Shown: positions 28,278 to 38,213 of the stretch, in pieces
Layout: each line of letters opens with the position of its first letter
Numbering within the stretch: the first letter of the stretch is position 1
Source of the DNA: a bacterium
Lineage (GTDB): Bacteria > Bacillota_I > Bacilli_A > RFN20 > CAG-826
Assembly: GCA_029098125.1 (NCBI GenBank)
Contig: JAQXNS010000009.1
Span: 6,556 to 70,555, forward strand
Length of the DNA stretch: 64,000 bases
Direction of reading: 5' to 3'
Position numbers and translations under genes: made by a program
Notes under the pieces: model-generated
What the model saw: the letters and a program-made list of their open reading frames with translations, nothing else
Database searches by the model: none
What the model was told of the DNA's origin: nothing

Positions 28278-30467
28278 ATGAATAATTTTTCTATTGAATT
28301 ACAAAATGTTGGTTGCATAAAAGAAGGAAAAATAAGTGTCAATGCTAACCAGCTGAATATTAAGTTTGGTCCTAATGGAATAGGGAAGACAACTATAATT
28401 AAGGCTCTCAAGTACAAAATTAATGGAGAGCAAGATTTAAAGAAGGCAATAACTTCTTTAGATAATCCTGGAATTGAACCCACCTGTGAAGTTACAGAAG
28501 AAATCCAAAATGTAGTTGTTTATGATAAGGCCTATTTTGATAAATTATTTACTAAGAGAGAGGATTTATTAAACGATACATACCAGTTTGTAATTAAAGA
28601 CGACACTTACGATAAAGAAGTTGAACGCATAAATGATTCTCTTAAAAAAGTTTGTGAAATTGCACGGCGCAATGAATTCAGTACTTTAATTCAACTATAT
28701 AACGAATTAACAGCAAAGAGCTTTATCGACTATAAAAAGAATGGAAAGGGTATTAATTCTAGAAATAGTTTGTTCTCAGCTTTTTCTTCCAATGGAATTG
28801 ATTTAATGCCGCTTGATTCTCAATCTCCTATTTTTGAATTGTCAAAATATATGTCTAGCCCATATAGGGCTAATTGGCTTAAATGGATTGAGTCATACGA
28901 CCAAAAGTGGACGATTGAAAACATTTGTCCGTTTTGTGGCCAAAGGTTTGAAAAAGAAGATTTTTCATTGAAAGAAAATGTAGAGGAAATAGAGAAATTT
29001 GGAACTAGTAAGGAAGTAATGGAGCACAATAAAGAACAAAAATACATCAACGATTCCGCATCATATTGTTCTGATTTATTACTTAGTGAAAGCATATCTA
29101 GAATTAATTCACTTAAAGGTAAAGCCAACATGGACACTTTCGTTCCTTTACAAAAATTTATTGATGAAATTAAATCAGAAATTGAAAAAATTAATGATAT
29201 AAGAGGACAAGGTGCAATTGCTCTTTTTAATGCCTTTCTCGACAATAATAAAAAGTTTGAGAATTTAATTGAGTATATTAAATCTTTAAAATTAAACGAT
29301 AAAATTCTCTGTGTGGTTTCGATTCAAAATGATTCTTTAGGAGATTTGGTAAAAGTATTAAATTACGAGATAGATTCACTTATTGGGATGGCTGAATCGT
29401 TAAAAAGTACATTACTTGAACTGACAAAGAATTTAGCAGTGAAAATTGCGAAAAATGAGAAATTAATCAATAACTTTCTAAAAATTGCGGGTTTACCATA
29501 TGAAGTAAATATACATGGAGTATTCGACGCAAGTTTTAAGACTTTATTTAAATATAAAAATGATCCAAATATCATTGAAGATAGGCTGAATTATTTAAGT
29601 TTCGGTGAGGCTAATGCTTTGGCTATTATTATCTTTGCTATTGAAAACAAAGATAACGTTTCACTAATGGTTCTTGATGATCCAGTTTCGTCTTTTGATA
29701 ATAACAAAAGATATGCAATTTTTAATTACTTGTTTGGCAATACAAAGAGTTTATTATATGGAAAAACGATTCTTTTAATGACACATGATTTTCAAACAGT
29801 TGTTGCTTTTGCAAAGAATAGCAGACTTAAAAATTATAAAAAGTCTTTTTCTTATCTGTATAATGTAAATCATTTTTTGAACGAAAAAACATTTTCCACA
29901 GATGATGTCTATAGTAGTTTACTGTGGTATAAGGAATACGCAAAGAATGGCGCTAACGATATATATAGTAGAATAGTTGCAGCACGTAGAATTGTTGAAA
30001 TTCAAAATGAAACGACCGCTGATTTATATAATTATTTGTCTGGCCTGATTCATCCTATTGTCAAACCTAAACATTCAAAGAATGGCTTGGACTTTTCTGA
30101 TATAGAAATTGAGCAATGCGATTCTGAATTATCCAAATTATTAGGCGAAAAATGTAAATATCAAGAGATATATTCACAAATTTCTAATTTTCGAAAATTG
30201 ATTGAATGGTATGAAGGTCCAAAAGCAACTAACTTTTCAAAAACATGCATAACAAGATGCTTAGTTGAACAATTAAATACAAGATTTCCGAATATAAAAG
30301 ACAACATCGAGTTTGACGTGATGTGGGATTATATGTGCGATTCTTTTCACATAGAAACACAATACATATATTCAATAAAAGATATTTGTATTACTGATAT
30401 ACCAAATTACATTATTTCACTTTGTGATGAAATAATATCTAAAGTAAAAAAAGGCTTAAATTTATAA
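28278..30467 (+). CDS. RloC/PrrC-like ABC ATPase with coiled-coil insert carrying a CxxC zinc hook, plus about 260-aa C-terminal domain (candidate anticodon-nuclease-type defense protein)
   Basis: Walker A 'FGPNGIGKTT' (residue about 32), 'CPFCGQ' at about 218 midway through a roughly 430-aa insert, Walker B/D-loop 'LMVLDDPVSSFD' (about 467) matching the PrrC/RloC 'DDPxSSxD' form. Confidence 0.55.
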   Translation: MNNFSIELQNVGCIKEGKISVNANQLNIKFGPNGIGKTTIIKALKYKINGEQDLKKAITSLDNPGIEPTCEVTEEIQNVVVYDKAYFDKLFTKREDLLNDTYQFVIKDDTYDKEVERINDSLKKVCEIARRNEFSTLIQLYNELTAKSFIDYKKNGKGINSRNSLFSAFSSNGIDLMPLDSQSPIFELSKYMSSPYRANWLKWIESYDQKWTIENICPFCGQRFEKEDFSLKENVEEIEKFGTSKEVMEHNKEQKYINDSASYCSDLLLSESISRINSLKGKANMDTFVPLQKFIDEIKSEIEKINDIRGQGAIALFNAFLDNNKKFENLIEYIKSLKLNDKILCVVSIQNDSLGDLVKVLNYEIDSLIGMAESLKSTLLELTKNLAVKIAKNEKLINNFLKIAGLPYEVNIHGVFDASFKTLFKYKNDPNIIEDRLNYLSFGEANALAIIIFAIENKDNVSLMVLDDPVSSFDNNKRYAIFNYLFGNTKSLLYGKTILLMTHDFQTVVAFAKNSRLKNYKKSFSYLYNVNHFLNEKTFSTDDVYSSLLWYKEYAKNGANDIYSRIVAARRIVEIQNETTADLYNYLSGLIHPIVKPKHSKNGLDFSDIEIEQCDSELSKLLGEKCKYQEIYSQISNFRKLIEWYEGPKATNFSKTCITRCLVEQLNTRFPNIKDNIEFDVMWDYMCDSFHIETQYIYSIKDICITDIPNYIISLCDEIISKVKKGLNL

Positions 30468-30553
30468 AATTTAGGAATTATAGGCTTTAGCTTTCTAAGT
30501 TTTAGGGCATTTAAGGAGTTTTCCAAACACATATTGAAACAATAAGATTGATA

Positions 30554-30629
30554 CCAAATGAAGTGATACCTTAAAAGTAGAAGTATTATCTATTAATACC
30601 GTATACTTTTAAGGTATCACTTCAAATTT
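30554..30629. terminator. long perfect hairpin (21-bp stem, 24-nt loop) followed by T-run; bidirectional terminator candidate
   Basis: 'CCAAATGAAGTGATACCTTAAAAGTA' 30554..30579 pairs with 'TACTTTTAAGGTATCACTTCA' 30604..30624, then 'TCGGTCCTTTTTATT'. Confidence 0.45.
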
Positions 30630-30909
30630 GTCGGTCCTTTTTATTCGGTGAGTTATCTACAAATTGTAGACAACTTAATTTTAAGCGTAAAAAATTTTCA
30701 AAACCTACAAAAAAGTTCGAACCTGGATTTTTTTGACTCATACACTCTTCCGCTTTAAGAAGTTCTCTCTCAAATATAAATATTTGTTTTCTTAATACTT
30801 TATTCAATAATGAATAAAAATTATCATCTTCATTAATATTTTTTGAGGTGGATTGTATTGATTCAATCACCTCGTCTTCATTAATTATTATTGCTCCATA
30901 CTTTAACAA
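30622..30909 (-). CDS. hypothetical 95-aa protein, convergent with the RloC-like gene
   Basis: ORF only; 3' end abuts the hairpin. Confidence 0.25.
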   Translation of the reverse strand: MLKYGAIIINEDEVIESIQSTSKNINEDDNFYSLLNKVLRKQIFIFERELLKAEECMSQKNPGSNFFVGFENFLRLKLSCLQFVDNSPNKKDRQI

Positions 30910-31135
30910 TTCTAATGAACGATGTGAAGATTGCTGAAAAAATTATTTGGAATAAGCATTTATAGTCATCTAACAATTTCTGACACTAGTGGATATCAAT
31001 TGAATATTATGCATTTTTGTTTTATCATAAAACCATGTCTAAATATTACATATTAAATAAATCTTTTTTTGTTAATGGTGCGATAGGTTACTTTGCAAAT
31101 AATATCTTTTTGTGTACCGAAAGGAGTTCATTACT

Positions 31136-31669
31136 ATGGCCAAGTTGCTAAACAAAGTATTATTTCTTTTTACAATTATGATTTTAACTGGATGTCAAAG
31201 TAATAGTAACGAGTATTTAAGCGACGATAAAACACCATCAAGAGGCGATGATGTTGGTAAAACATTGTGTCTTGAAGATGGTTCTTCGATTAAAACACAA
31301 TTAATAGAAATTGATAAGACAATGATTTCTTTTACAGTTTCTACTAATTTGAAAAGTGAACCTTGCGAACCAAGATTTTATTTAGATTCATTTGGCTATT
31401 GTAATTTTGTTTCTTTGGATGTTTTGAACGTAGAGAATCAAACATTGCTGAGCGTTAAATTTGAAATTGAATATACTATATTAGCTCAATTTGAAGAACA
31501 AAATATTGTCTCGTCTTGGTGCGATTTTGGATTGCCTAAAATCGATGATATTCATGTAGAAAAATACGGATCTGATGAATTAGACGGGTTTTCTTATTAT
31601 TCTTCATTTCATTTTACATGGAAAGATTGTACTATAACTGAAAATGGCATTTACTCAAAAGAATATTAA
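31136..31669 (+). CDS. lipoprotein
   Basis: AAAGGAG RBS; lipobox 'MILTGCQSN'; ORF-track start 31112 is GTG. Confidence 0.6.
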   Translation: MAKLLNKVLFLFTIMILTGCQSNSNEYLSDDKTPSRGDDVGKTLCLEDGSSIKTQLIEIDKTMISFTVSTNLKSEPCEPRFYLDSFGYCNFVSLDVLNVENQTLLSVKFEIEYTILAQFEEQNIVSSWCDFGLPKIDDIHVEKYGSDELDGFSYYSSFHFTWKDCTITENGIYSKEY

Positions 31670-32185
31670 TTTTAATAAATTTTATCAACAACCACCAAAT
31701 TGAAAACAGCGCCTATCAGTAAATAATAATTAAACTTGTAGGTTTTTATGTATCCTAAAATCAAAATATCTAAAAGTGATAAAATCAAGAAATTTTTTAC
31801 CAAAAAAACTTTATTTACTACTAATCAGACTAATATTCTGATAAATCCTTTCTCCTATAGCTTTTACCATTAATAGTTACTATTTGAATATGATTTAAGA
31901 GTCTATCGAGCATTGTATCAAGCTCATTATGGTTATCGGGAAATATTTTCTTCTAATTATTTATATTGTAGTTTATTGCTATTATTCTCGAATGTTTTTC
32001 ATATCTATCTTTTTTAGATAAAGTAAATGATATAGCAAGTGGTAAAAATTATCTTACTCAAATCGGTTATTTATATTTTGCTCGTTTCAAAATATAATTA
32101 GTGTATAAAATATACAGCATTAATTGACAATTGAAATTGTGGTTGTATAATTAAAGTGTATAAAATATACAATGGAGGCAGGATC

Positions 32186-33328
32186 ATGCTAAAGAAGATA
32201 ATAATTAATAATATTAATTCCATTGATAAATGTGAATTAGACTTTAAAAAAGGTAATTATCAATATCTACAAGATAACACAATTGATGATATTGCAAATC
32301 CTATTGCATTATATGGCCATAATGGTAGTGGTAAAACATCGATATTTAATGCTATTGCTAGCTTAATTAATTTTATGGTGGAGCCAGTTGAATTTTTAAC
32401 TCCATTTGTTGTTAATAATTTTTTGTTTGAAGAATATAAAAAGAATAAAGATGAGTCAAAAATAATTGGTTCAATCGAACTTTTATTTTCGTTAGATGAT
32501 GTAAATTTTGATTATTATATTGAAACATCAAGACTTGGTTATATATCAAAAGAATTCTTAAAAAAGAATGATGAAATTATTATTCAAAGAGATAGGCAAA
32601 GCTATTCATATAATAATAAACCATTTAGTTTTGATAATATGTCATTTTTGGTTCCAGCAATTAGAAAGTTAGCATCCTCGGAAATTAATGATGAAATAAT
32701 TCAAAAATGTTACTCATTTATAAGTTCATTTACTTTTGTTAATCTACCTTTTATAAATAGAGGTGCATTCGTCACATCAAAAATGTATAAAAATATGAGT
32801 ATTAACGAATTATTAGTTAACTACTCAGAAGAAGTTAAAGAGATTTTGAAGAATTATAATGAATTTCCTATTTATAGTATAAAGAAAAAGAATTCATTAA
32901 ATAGTAATAACAACCCAAATACCGGCTTCTCTTTAGTCATTGAAGGGGAAAACTTTAAAGGTGAGTTGCCATTTGAGATGATTTCTGCAGGTATGAGAAG
33001 CCAAAGTGTTCTTTTGTCAATTATATTATCTATGCCTAAAAATGGTGTTTTGTTTGTAGATGAATTAGAACAAGCTCTTCATCCATCTGCCATAGTTTCA
33101 TTTTTAAGAGTAATAAAAGAAAAAAAGATTCAATTAGTATTTTCTTCTCATAACACTTATATTCTTCAGTTGTTAAGACCAGATCAAGTATATTTTGCTA
33201 AATGGCATAATGGTTTTTCAAAATATGCTAGATTATCTAAAATCTATCCAAACATTAGAGAAATTAACAATATGGAGAAGATGTACTTATCTTCAGTGTT
33301 TGACGAGAGTATAAAAAATGCCAAATAA
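32186..33328 (+). CDS. AAA_21/PrrC-N-like ABC-type ATPase (second RloA/AbiLi-like copy)
   Basis: GGAGG 7 nt before ATG 32186; Walker A 'GHNGSGKTS', 'LFVDELEQALHP'. Confidence 0.7.
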   Translation: MLKKIIINNINSIDKCELDFKKGNYQYLQDNTIDDIANPIALYGHNGSGKTSIFNAIASLINFMVEPVEFLTPFVVNNFLFEEYKKNKDESKIIGSIELLFSLDDVNFDYYIETSRLGYISKEFLKKNDEIIIQRDRQSYSYNNKPFSFDNMSFLVPAIRKLASSEINDEIIQKCYSFISSFTFVNLPFINRGAFVTSKMYKNMSINELLVNYSEEVKEILKNYNEFPIYSIKKKNSLNSNNNPNTGFSLVIEGENFKGELPFEMISAGMRSQSVLLSIILSMPKNGVLFVDELEQALHPSAIVSFLRVIKEKKIQLVFSSHNTYILQLLRPDQVYFAKWHNGFSKYARLSKIYPNIREINNMEKMYLSSVFDESIKNAK

Positions 33329-34124
33329 TTATTTACTAGTTGTTGAAGGAGCTAATGATGAAAAAAACATTTTACAAAGTGTTTTTGAAAATTATGGCTT
33401 CAATGTAATAAAATGCGAAGAGAAAATTTCCGTTGAATCTTATGGGGAATTTAATAAATATGAATTAAAATCAGAAAATGATAATGTGGTAATTATTGAG
33501 GGACCACGAAATCGTATACATGATTTTTTGATATCATTTGATACGGAATACGAAGCAATTGAAAAATTATTTCATTATTCTGCATATCATTTTTCAGGAA
33601 TATTCTTGATTTATGATGTTGATCATAATGACAATGAAGATGTAGATATAATGTTTAATAAATTTAATAATGAATCAGATGGCTTATTATTACTCAATTC
33701 ACCTTGTTTAGAAGTTTTAGCTGATACAAATGTGGATGAAAATAAAGAGCTGAGATTTAATCATCTAAGGGAATATAAAAAATCATTAAATAAATATCAT
33801 AATTTAAATGGTAATGAGAATTCAGTTAAATATATTACAAATCATTTTAGCGAAGTAATGATGCATTTTTTAGAAAAAAATAAAAAAGAATTTAACGAAA
33901 ATAATATTATGGAACATCCTAGATTAGTTAAAAATAAGATTAACTTGGATAATGAACGAGTAAATTATAAAAACAAAGATGATTCATATGTTATTTTTAG
34001 ATATTTTACTACTGTATTATATGTTGCAATTGCCTATACAAATAAATTAACTAATGAAATTGATAATTATGAAATTGTGCATTCATTTTTTGAAAATAAG
34101 ATGAATGAAAATCAATCTACATAA
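33318..34124 (+). CDS. Toprim-like (RloB/DUF4276-like) partner protein
   Basis: 11-bp overlap with ATPase stop; N-terminal 'YLLVVEGANDEKNIL' (Toprim lvEG..E) and downstream 'LIYDVDHNDNEDVD' (DxD-like). Confidence 0.5.
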   Translation: MPNNYLLVVEGANDEKNILQSVFENYGFNVIKCEEKISVESYGEFNKYELKSENDNVVIIEGPRNRIHDFLISFDTEYEAIEKLFHYSAYHFSGIFLIYDVDHNDNEDVDIMFNKFNNESDGLLLLNSPCLEVLADTNVDENKELRFNHLREYKKSLNKYHNLNGNENSVKYITNHFSEVMMHFLEKNKKEFNENNIMEHPRLVKNKINLDNERVNYKNKDDSYVIFRYFTTVLYVAIAYTNKLTNEIDNYEIVHSFFENKMNENQST

Positions 34125-34151
34125 AAATATTTTTTGAGAAGATGAATAACT

Positions 34152-34412
34152 ATGAACAATAAATATCAAAACAAAATCGTGACAAATAGGAAATCACCTG
34201 CTAATGAACAAGCATATATCGATGCTTATAAAACAATGAATCCAAAAGCAACTAAAAGCGATAAGTTGGATATTTCTGCTGTTAGATCAAAAGATGGCAT
34301 ACCTGGCCATGCACTATTGAAACAAGGTATTAATCGATCAAAAGATACTAATGCGCATCGAGGCCAAGATTTTATTCCGGATAAAGACTTAAGAAAAACG
34401 ATGAAAAAGTAA
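34152..34412 (+). CDS. hypothetical small basic protein
   Basis: ORF only, weak RBS. Confidence 0.3.
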   Translation: MNNKYQNKIVTNRKSPANEQAYIDAYKTMNPKATKSDKLDISAVRSKDGIPGHALLKQGINRSKDTNAHRGQDFIPDKDLRKTMKK

Positions 34413-34948
34413 TTATTTTGAGCTTCCATAAAAATAATATCGTGTAATTTTATTCATAAACATAAATATTAATAAAATATTATATTAATTCAGATTCAAA
34501 TCTGGTGTTTTATTTTAATCTAAAAAGCATCATTTTATATTAAAAATTATCTAACGCTTATGACTGTAAATCATTATTTTTTTTGAAAAATCTTGATTAC
34601 GAATTTTCTGTACCTGAAAGAATATTTTTGTATTTCTATTAAATATTTTTTGAAACCGTGCAAATATTCTACACATTTTAAAAATTTTACATGTATTTAT
34701 ATCATTCATTAAAAACAAAGATTTCTATGGGAAAAGAGATTGTCTAATTTTATTTAACCAATTAGAGATTTTGCACTATATCATCATTATCCATTGTTCA
34801 TATTTGAAAATATTAAAAACTTTTTTATAAGAATAATTTCTATTCGTTTTATAATTCTTAAAATAATATGAAACATATTTTTATGAGCATATGAATTGAT
34901 GATAAAAATCAAGCCAAATAATAAAATAATTGCTTGAGCTTTAATGCT

Positions 34949-35090
34949 AAAAAATACTCTTTGAATTGATAAGATTTTCCCAGTAATGACGCCTATAAAT
35001 TTTGAATATTTACAAAAATAGTGGAGTTCTGCAAGGTTTTTGAAATATTTTTAGATTTATTAGCTCGCGAAGAATCAAAATTTGTTTTCT
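34949..35090. repeat. about 140-bp dispersed repeat, copy B (contains REP-like core 35013..35046)
   Basis: Direct-orientation near-duplicate of 3389..3530, 31.5 kb away. Confidence 0.7.
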
Positions 35091-35333
35091 AAAAATTGCA
35101 TTAAGATATTTTCTAAATTATGAAGTTATAGCTCTTTTATACACGCAGTGTAAGTTGAACATGAGAAAGCAAATTCCTAAATTTGGCTAATTAATTTTCT
35201 CATGTTCATGACATCAACTAAATCTCAAAAAAGAATAAATATCAGTAATTGATAATGTACCAATTTTCATAAAATGTAGTGCAATTGACATTATTACGCT
35301 TTGATTTATAATTATTTCAATCATTAATTTTTA

Positions 35334-36197
35334 ATGGGGGAGATTATGAAAAAAAGAATTTTATTATTTATGCTTGGGTCTCAGTTATTATGTTCCTATG
35401 ACCCTATTGTTAACGTTAATTTACAAATAAAGCATGCTGGTGATTTAGGTTCCAATTCCACGGTTCTACCAACTACTCTAATTTATAGTAAAGATACAAA
35501 TATTGGGCAAAAATTGACTTATAAAAATTGGTTTAAGGAAGAATGGCATGATTTTCCTACTTTATGCACATATGTCAGCGAAGCAACAAAGTATGTAGAT
35601 TTTGCGACTAGAGCAATATATACTCACTATCTTAGGCCTGATGAATCAATAGTAACCACAATTACCGAGACAGGAAGTCACACATACACTTCTTCTCAAT
35701 ATTTGGAAATGGCAGAATCTAGATATGAAGCGATTAGTTTGTCAGAAAGTTATTCAACTTCAATTTTTTCTACATTTGATGATATACAACTAGCTACATC
35801 CAAAAATACAGCTACTGATTATGAATTTTCAACTACTATAGTAAATAAATACTCTTCAGAAAAAACTAAGTCGTATTCATTTACTAGTTCAGCATCAACT
35901 ACATATAATTTTCATAATACAAATAACTTTGGAATTTATGTGCAAGTAGAATATAGACAAAAATTTCTAATTCATTTAATTGAAAGAAAAAACATTAATG
36001 ATGTTCAGCATCCTAACGATAGAGGGGTACATGGAACTGATTATACATATACCTCATCCAATACAATTTTTGATAAAAGGATTTTACTTTTGCCAGTGGA
36101 TCAACCATATTATTGTGTTTCTCAATACGCTGATAATTCGCAAGGGAAAAGGGTATATTTAGATAAAACCGAAATGAACAACATTCTTTATTATTAA
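35334..36197 (+). CDS. secreted Ser/Thr-rich beta-strand protein (aerolysin/ETX-MTX2-like candidate)
   Basis: Signal peptide 'MKKRILLFMLGSQLLCSYDP' (alternative ATG 35346); 'STSIFSTFDDIQLATSKNTATDYEFSTTIV' alternates polar/apolar residues like a pore-forming beta-hairpin. Confidence 0.55.
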   Translation: MGEIMKKRILLFMLGSQLLCSYDPIVNVNLQIKHAGDLGSNSTVLPTTLIYSKDTNIGQKLTYKNWFKEEWHDFPTLCTYVSEATKYVDFATRAIYTHYLRPDESIVTTITETGSHTYTSSQYLEMAESRYEAISLSESYSTSIFSTFDDIQLATSKNTATDYEFSTTIVNKYSSEKTKSYSFTSSASTTYNFHNTNNFGIYVQVEYRQKFLIHLIERKNINDVQHPNDRGVHGTDYTYTSSNTIFDKRILLLPVDQPYYCVSQYADNSQGKRVYLDKTEMNNILYY

Positions 36198-36199
36198 TT

Positions 36200-38143
36200 A
36201 TGATTGAACTTAAACACATCACATTCAGATATAAAAATGGATTAAAAGTCATTGATGATTTATCGATTTCGTTTCCATCTAAAGGGCTATATTTATTAAA
36301 AGGAAAAAGTGGAAGGGGTAAATCAACACTTTTAAACATAATCAATCTCTCTTTAAAGGATTTTAAAGGCGAATATCTTTTTGATGGTGAAGATATTAAA
36401 AACAAATTTAATAATAATAAAGAGATAAGACACTACTTCTTTTCATTTACTCAAGATTTTTCGCTATTTAAAGAACTAAAAGTTAAAGACTATTTAAACC
36501 TGTTTATTGAGTTTAATGGTGACAATATAAAAGAAATAGATAAAACAAATTTGTTAAATAAGGTTAATTTAGATGCAAGTTATTTGAATAGAAAAATGGA
36601 CACACTTAGTAAAGGAGAAGAGGAAAGAGTTGCTTTTTGTAGTGCATTAATTAGTAAATCTAAAGTTCTTTTACTTGATGAGCCATTATCAAATCTTGAT
36701 AAAGAAAATTATTTGATTCTAGTACCATTAATTGAAGAAATAAGTAAGGAAAAATTAGTTTTAATATCTCTACATAAATTTGAATATTTTGACAAATTTG
36801 ATGGGATTGTTGATTTAGATGATCCAAAAAATGAATATCAATTTGGTAATGATACAACTTTAGAAACAGAATCAACTAGAAAAACAATATCAAAATTTAG
36901 TCTTATTAAATATTCATTTAAAGGTGTTTTTTATAAGTTTTATAAGAAAATTGCCTATTTTTTGCTTAATATTTTATTTTTTGCCTTAAGTATTGCTTCA
37001 TTATCTTCCATTTTATATACACCTGATGTGTTTAAAGAAAAATATATATCATCAAAAAATCCAATTGTTTCATTACGTTCAAATAATAGCGAGTTTGATA
37101 ATGATGATATTAATATATTAGAAGAGAACACAGACGATCCTTTATATGTAAAGTTAGAGACCGATTTCTCTTTTGCTAAAATATTAAATGAGGAGCTTCT
37201 TCAAAACTACGAAGAAAATAAATTTATTTTGCCTCATCGTGTTATTAATTTCGCTATGCCTTATGAAGGATTTATTACAAATACAAATAAATATGTCTTA
37301 TATGGCGATAAACCAAGCTTTGACCTCAAAGATGATTGTATTAAAATTACTGTTAATTCATATTTCATATCTAGGTTATACGCCAAATCGGAATTTAGTG
37401 ATGATGAATATTATAATATTTTAAAATCACTTAAAGATGTTGTGTTCCAAGGCAATATCCATAAATTTAAAATTTCAGGAATAATCAAAACTGCTCGTTT
37501 TGCCCCATACTACGGAGGATCTCAAGAAATCCATTACGCAATCATGCAAGATGAGGAATATAATTCAATAGCAAACTTAAGCGTACTTGTTCCTTCTTCG
37601 TTTTTTGCTGATTGCAACATGCCAATATGTGGAGCGATTATTGAATATAACGATTACATAAAAAACGAAGCTAAACTAAATAGGGCTTTTGAAGTCTTAT
37701 ATACTCACCAGTATTATTATCAAGAATTCCAAGAAACAACCTATGAAAAACTCATATTTTGGTCGCTATTAATTTTTTCTTTTTTTATCATTATAAATAT
37801 CTTCTTAATATATAGACTAGCACTAGCAAACTCGAAAATTCACGAAGAAGAAAAATCATATTTACTTTTAAGATCATTTACAAAAAGTGAAACTTATCTA
37901 GTTACTAATTTTGCAAATATAGTAATTTTTATAGTTTCACTACTTCTTTCAAGTGCTTTGTGTATTGGAATTTCGCCTTTTGCTAACTTTGTTTCAAATT
38001 TTTTCTTGCACTATCAATTGAACACATATTCACTTAATCCGCTAATAGCATTCTTACTAATTTTTGCTTCGCTTCTTATCTATTTATTGTTTGAAGTTTT
38101 TTGCTTCTATAGAAAAAAGAAAACAGGAAAATTAAGAATGTAA
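36200..38143 (+). CDS. MacB-type fused ABC ATPase-FtsX permease
   Basis: 'LKGKSGRGKSTLLN', 'LSKGEEERVAFCSAL', '[11 protein letters not shown]'; C-terminal TM helices; 2 bp after the secreted-protein gene. Confidence 0.8.
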   Translation: MIELKHITFRYKNGLKVIDDLSISFPSKGLYLLKGKSGRGKSTLLNIINLSLKDFKGEYLFDGEDIKNKFNNNKEIRHYFFSFTQDFSLFKELKVKDYLNLFIEFNGDNIKEIDKTNLLNKVNLDASYLNRKMDTLSKGEEERVAFCSALISKSKVLLLDEPLSNLDKENYLILVPLIEEISKEKLVLISLHKFEYFDKFDGIVDLDDPKNEYQFGNDTTLETESTRKTISKFSLIKYSFKGVFYKFYKKIAYFLLNILFFALSIASLSSILYTPDVFKEKYISSKNPIVSLRSNNSEFDNDDINILEENTDDPLYVKLETDFSFAKILNEELLQNYEENKFILPHRVINFAMPYEGFITNTNKYVLYGDKPSFDLKDDCIKITVNSYFISRLYAKSEFSDDEYYNILKSLKDVVFQGNIHKFKISGIIKTARFAPYYGGSQEIHYAIMQDEEYNSIANLSVLVPSSFFADCNMPICGAIIEYNDYIKNEAKLNRAFEVLYTHQYYYQEFQETTYEKLIFWSLLIFSFFIIINIFLIYRLALANSKIHEEEKSYLLLRSFTKSETYLVTNFANIVIFIVSLLLSSALCIGISPFANFVSNFFLHYQLNTYSLNPLIAFLLIFASLLIYLLFEVFCFYRKKKTGKLRM

Positions 38144-38213
38144 AAATAAATTTTATATTGTTCTATATGAATTTTTGAATGATTTTATATTTAAAATCAA
38201 AAGAGGCTAAGAA

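Noticed and set aside
3389-35090. Prophage or integrative element bounded by the 140-bp direct repeats
   Set aside because: No integrase, recombinase, or phage structural or replication genes lie between the repeats, and a third partial repeat copy at 41204 argues for a dispersed element. It is retained only as a low-confidence finding.
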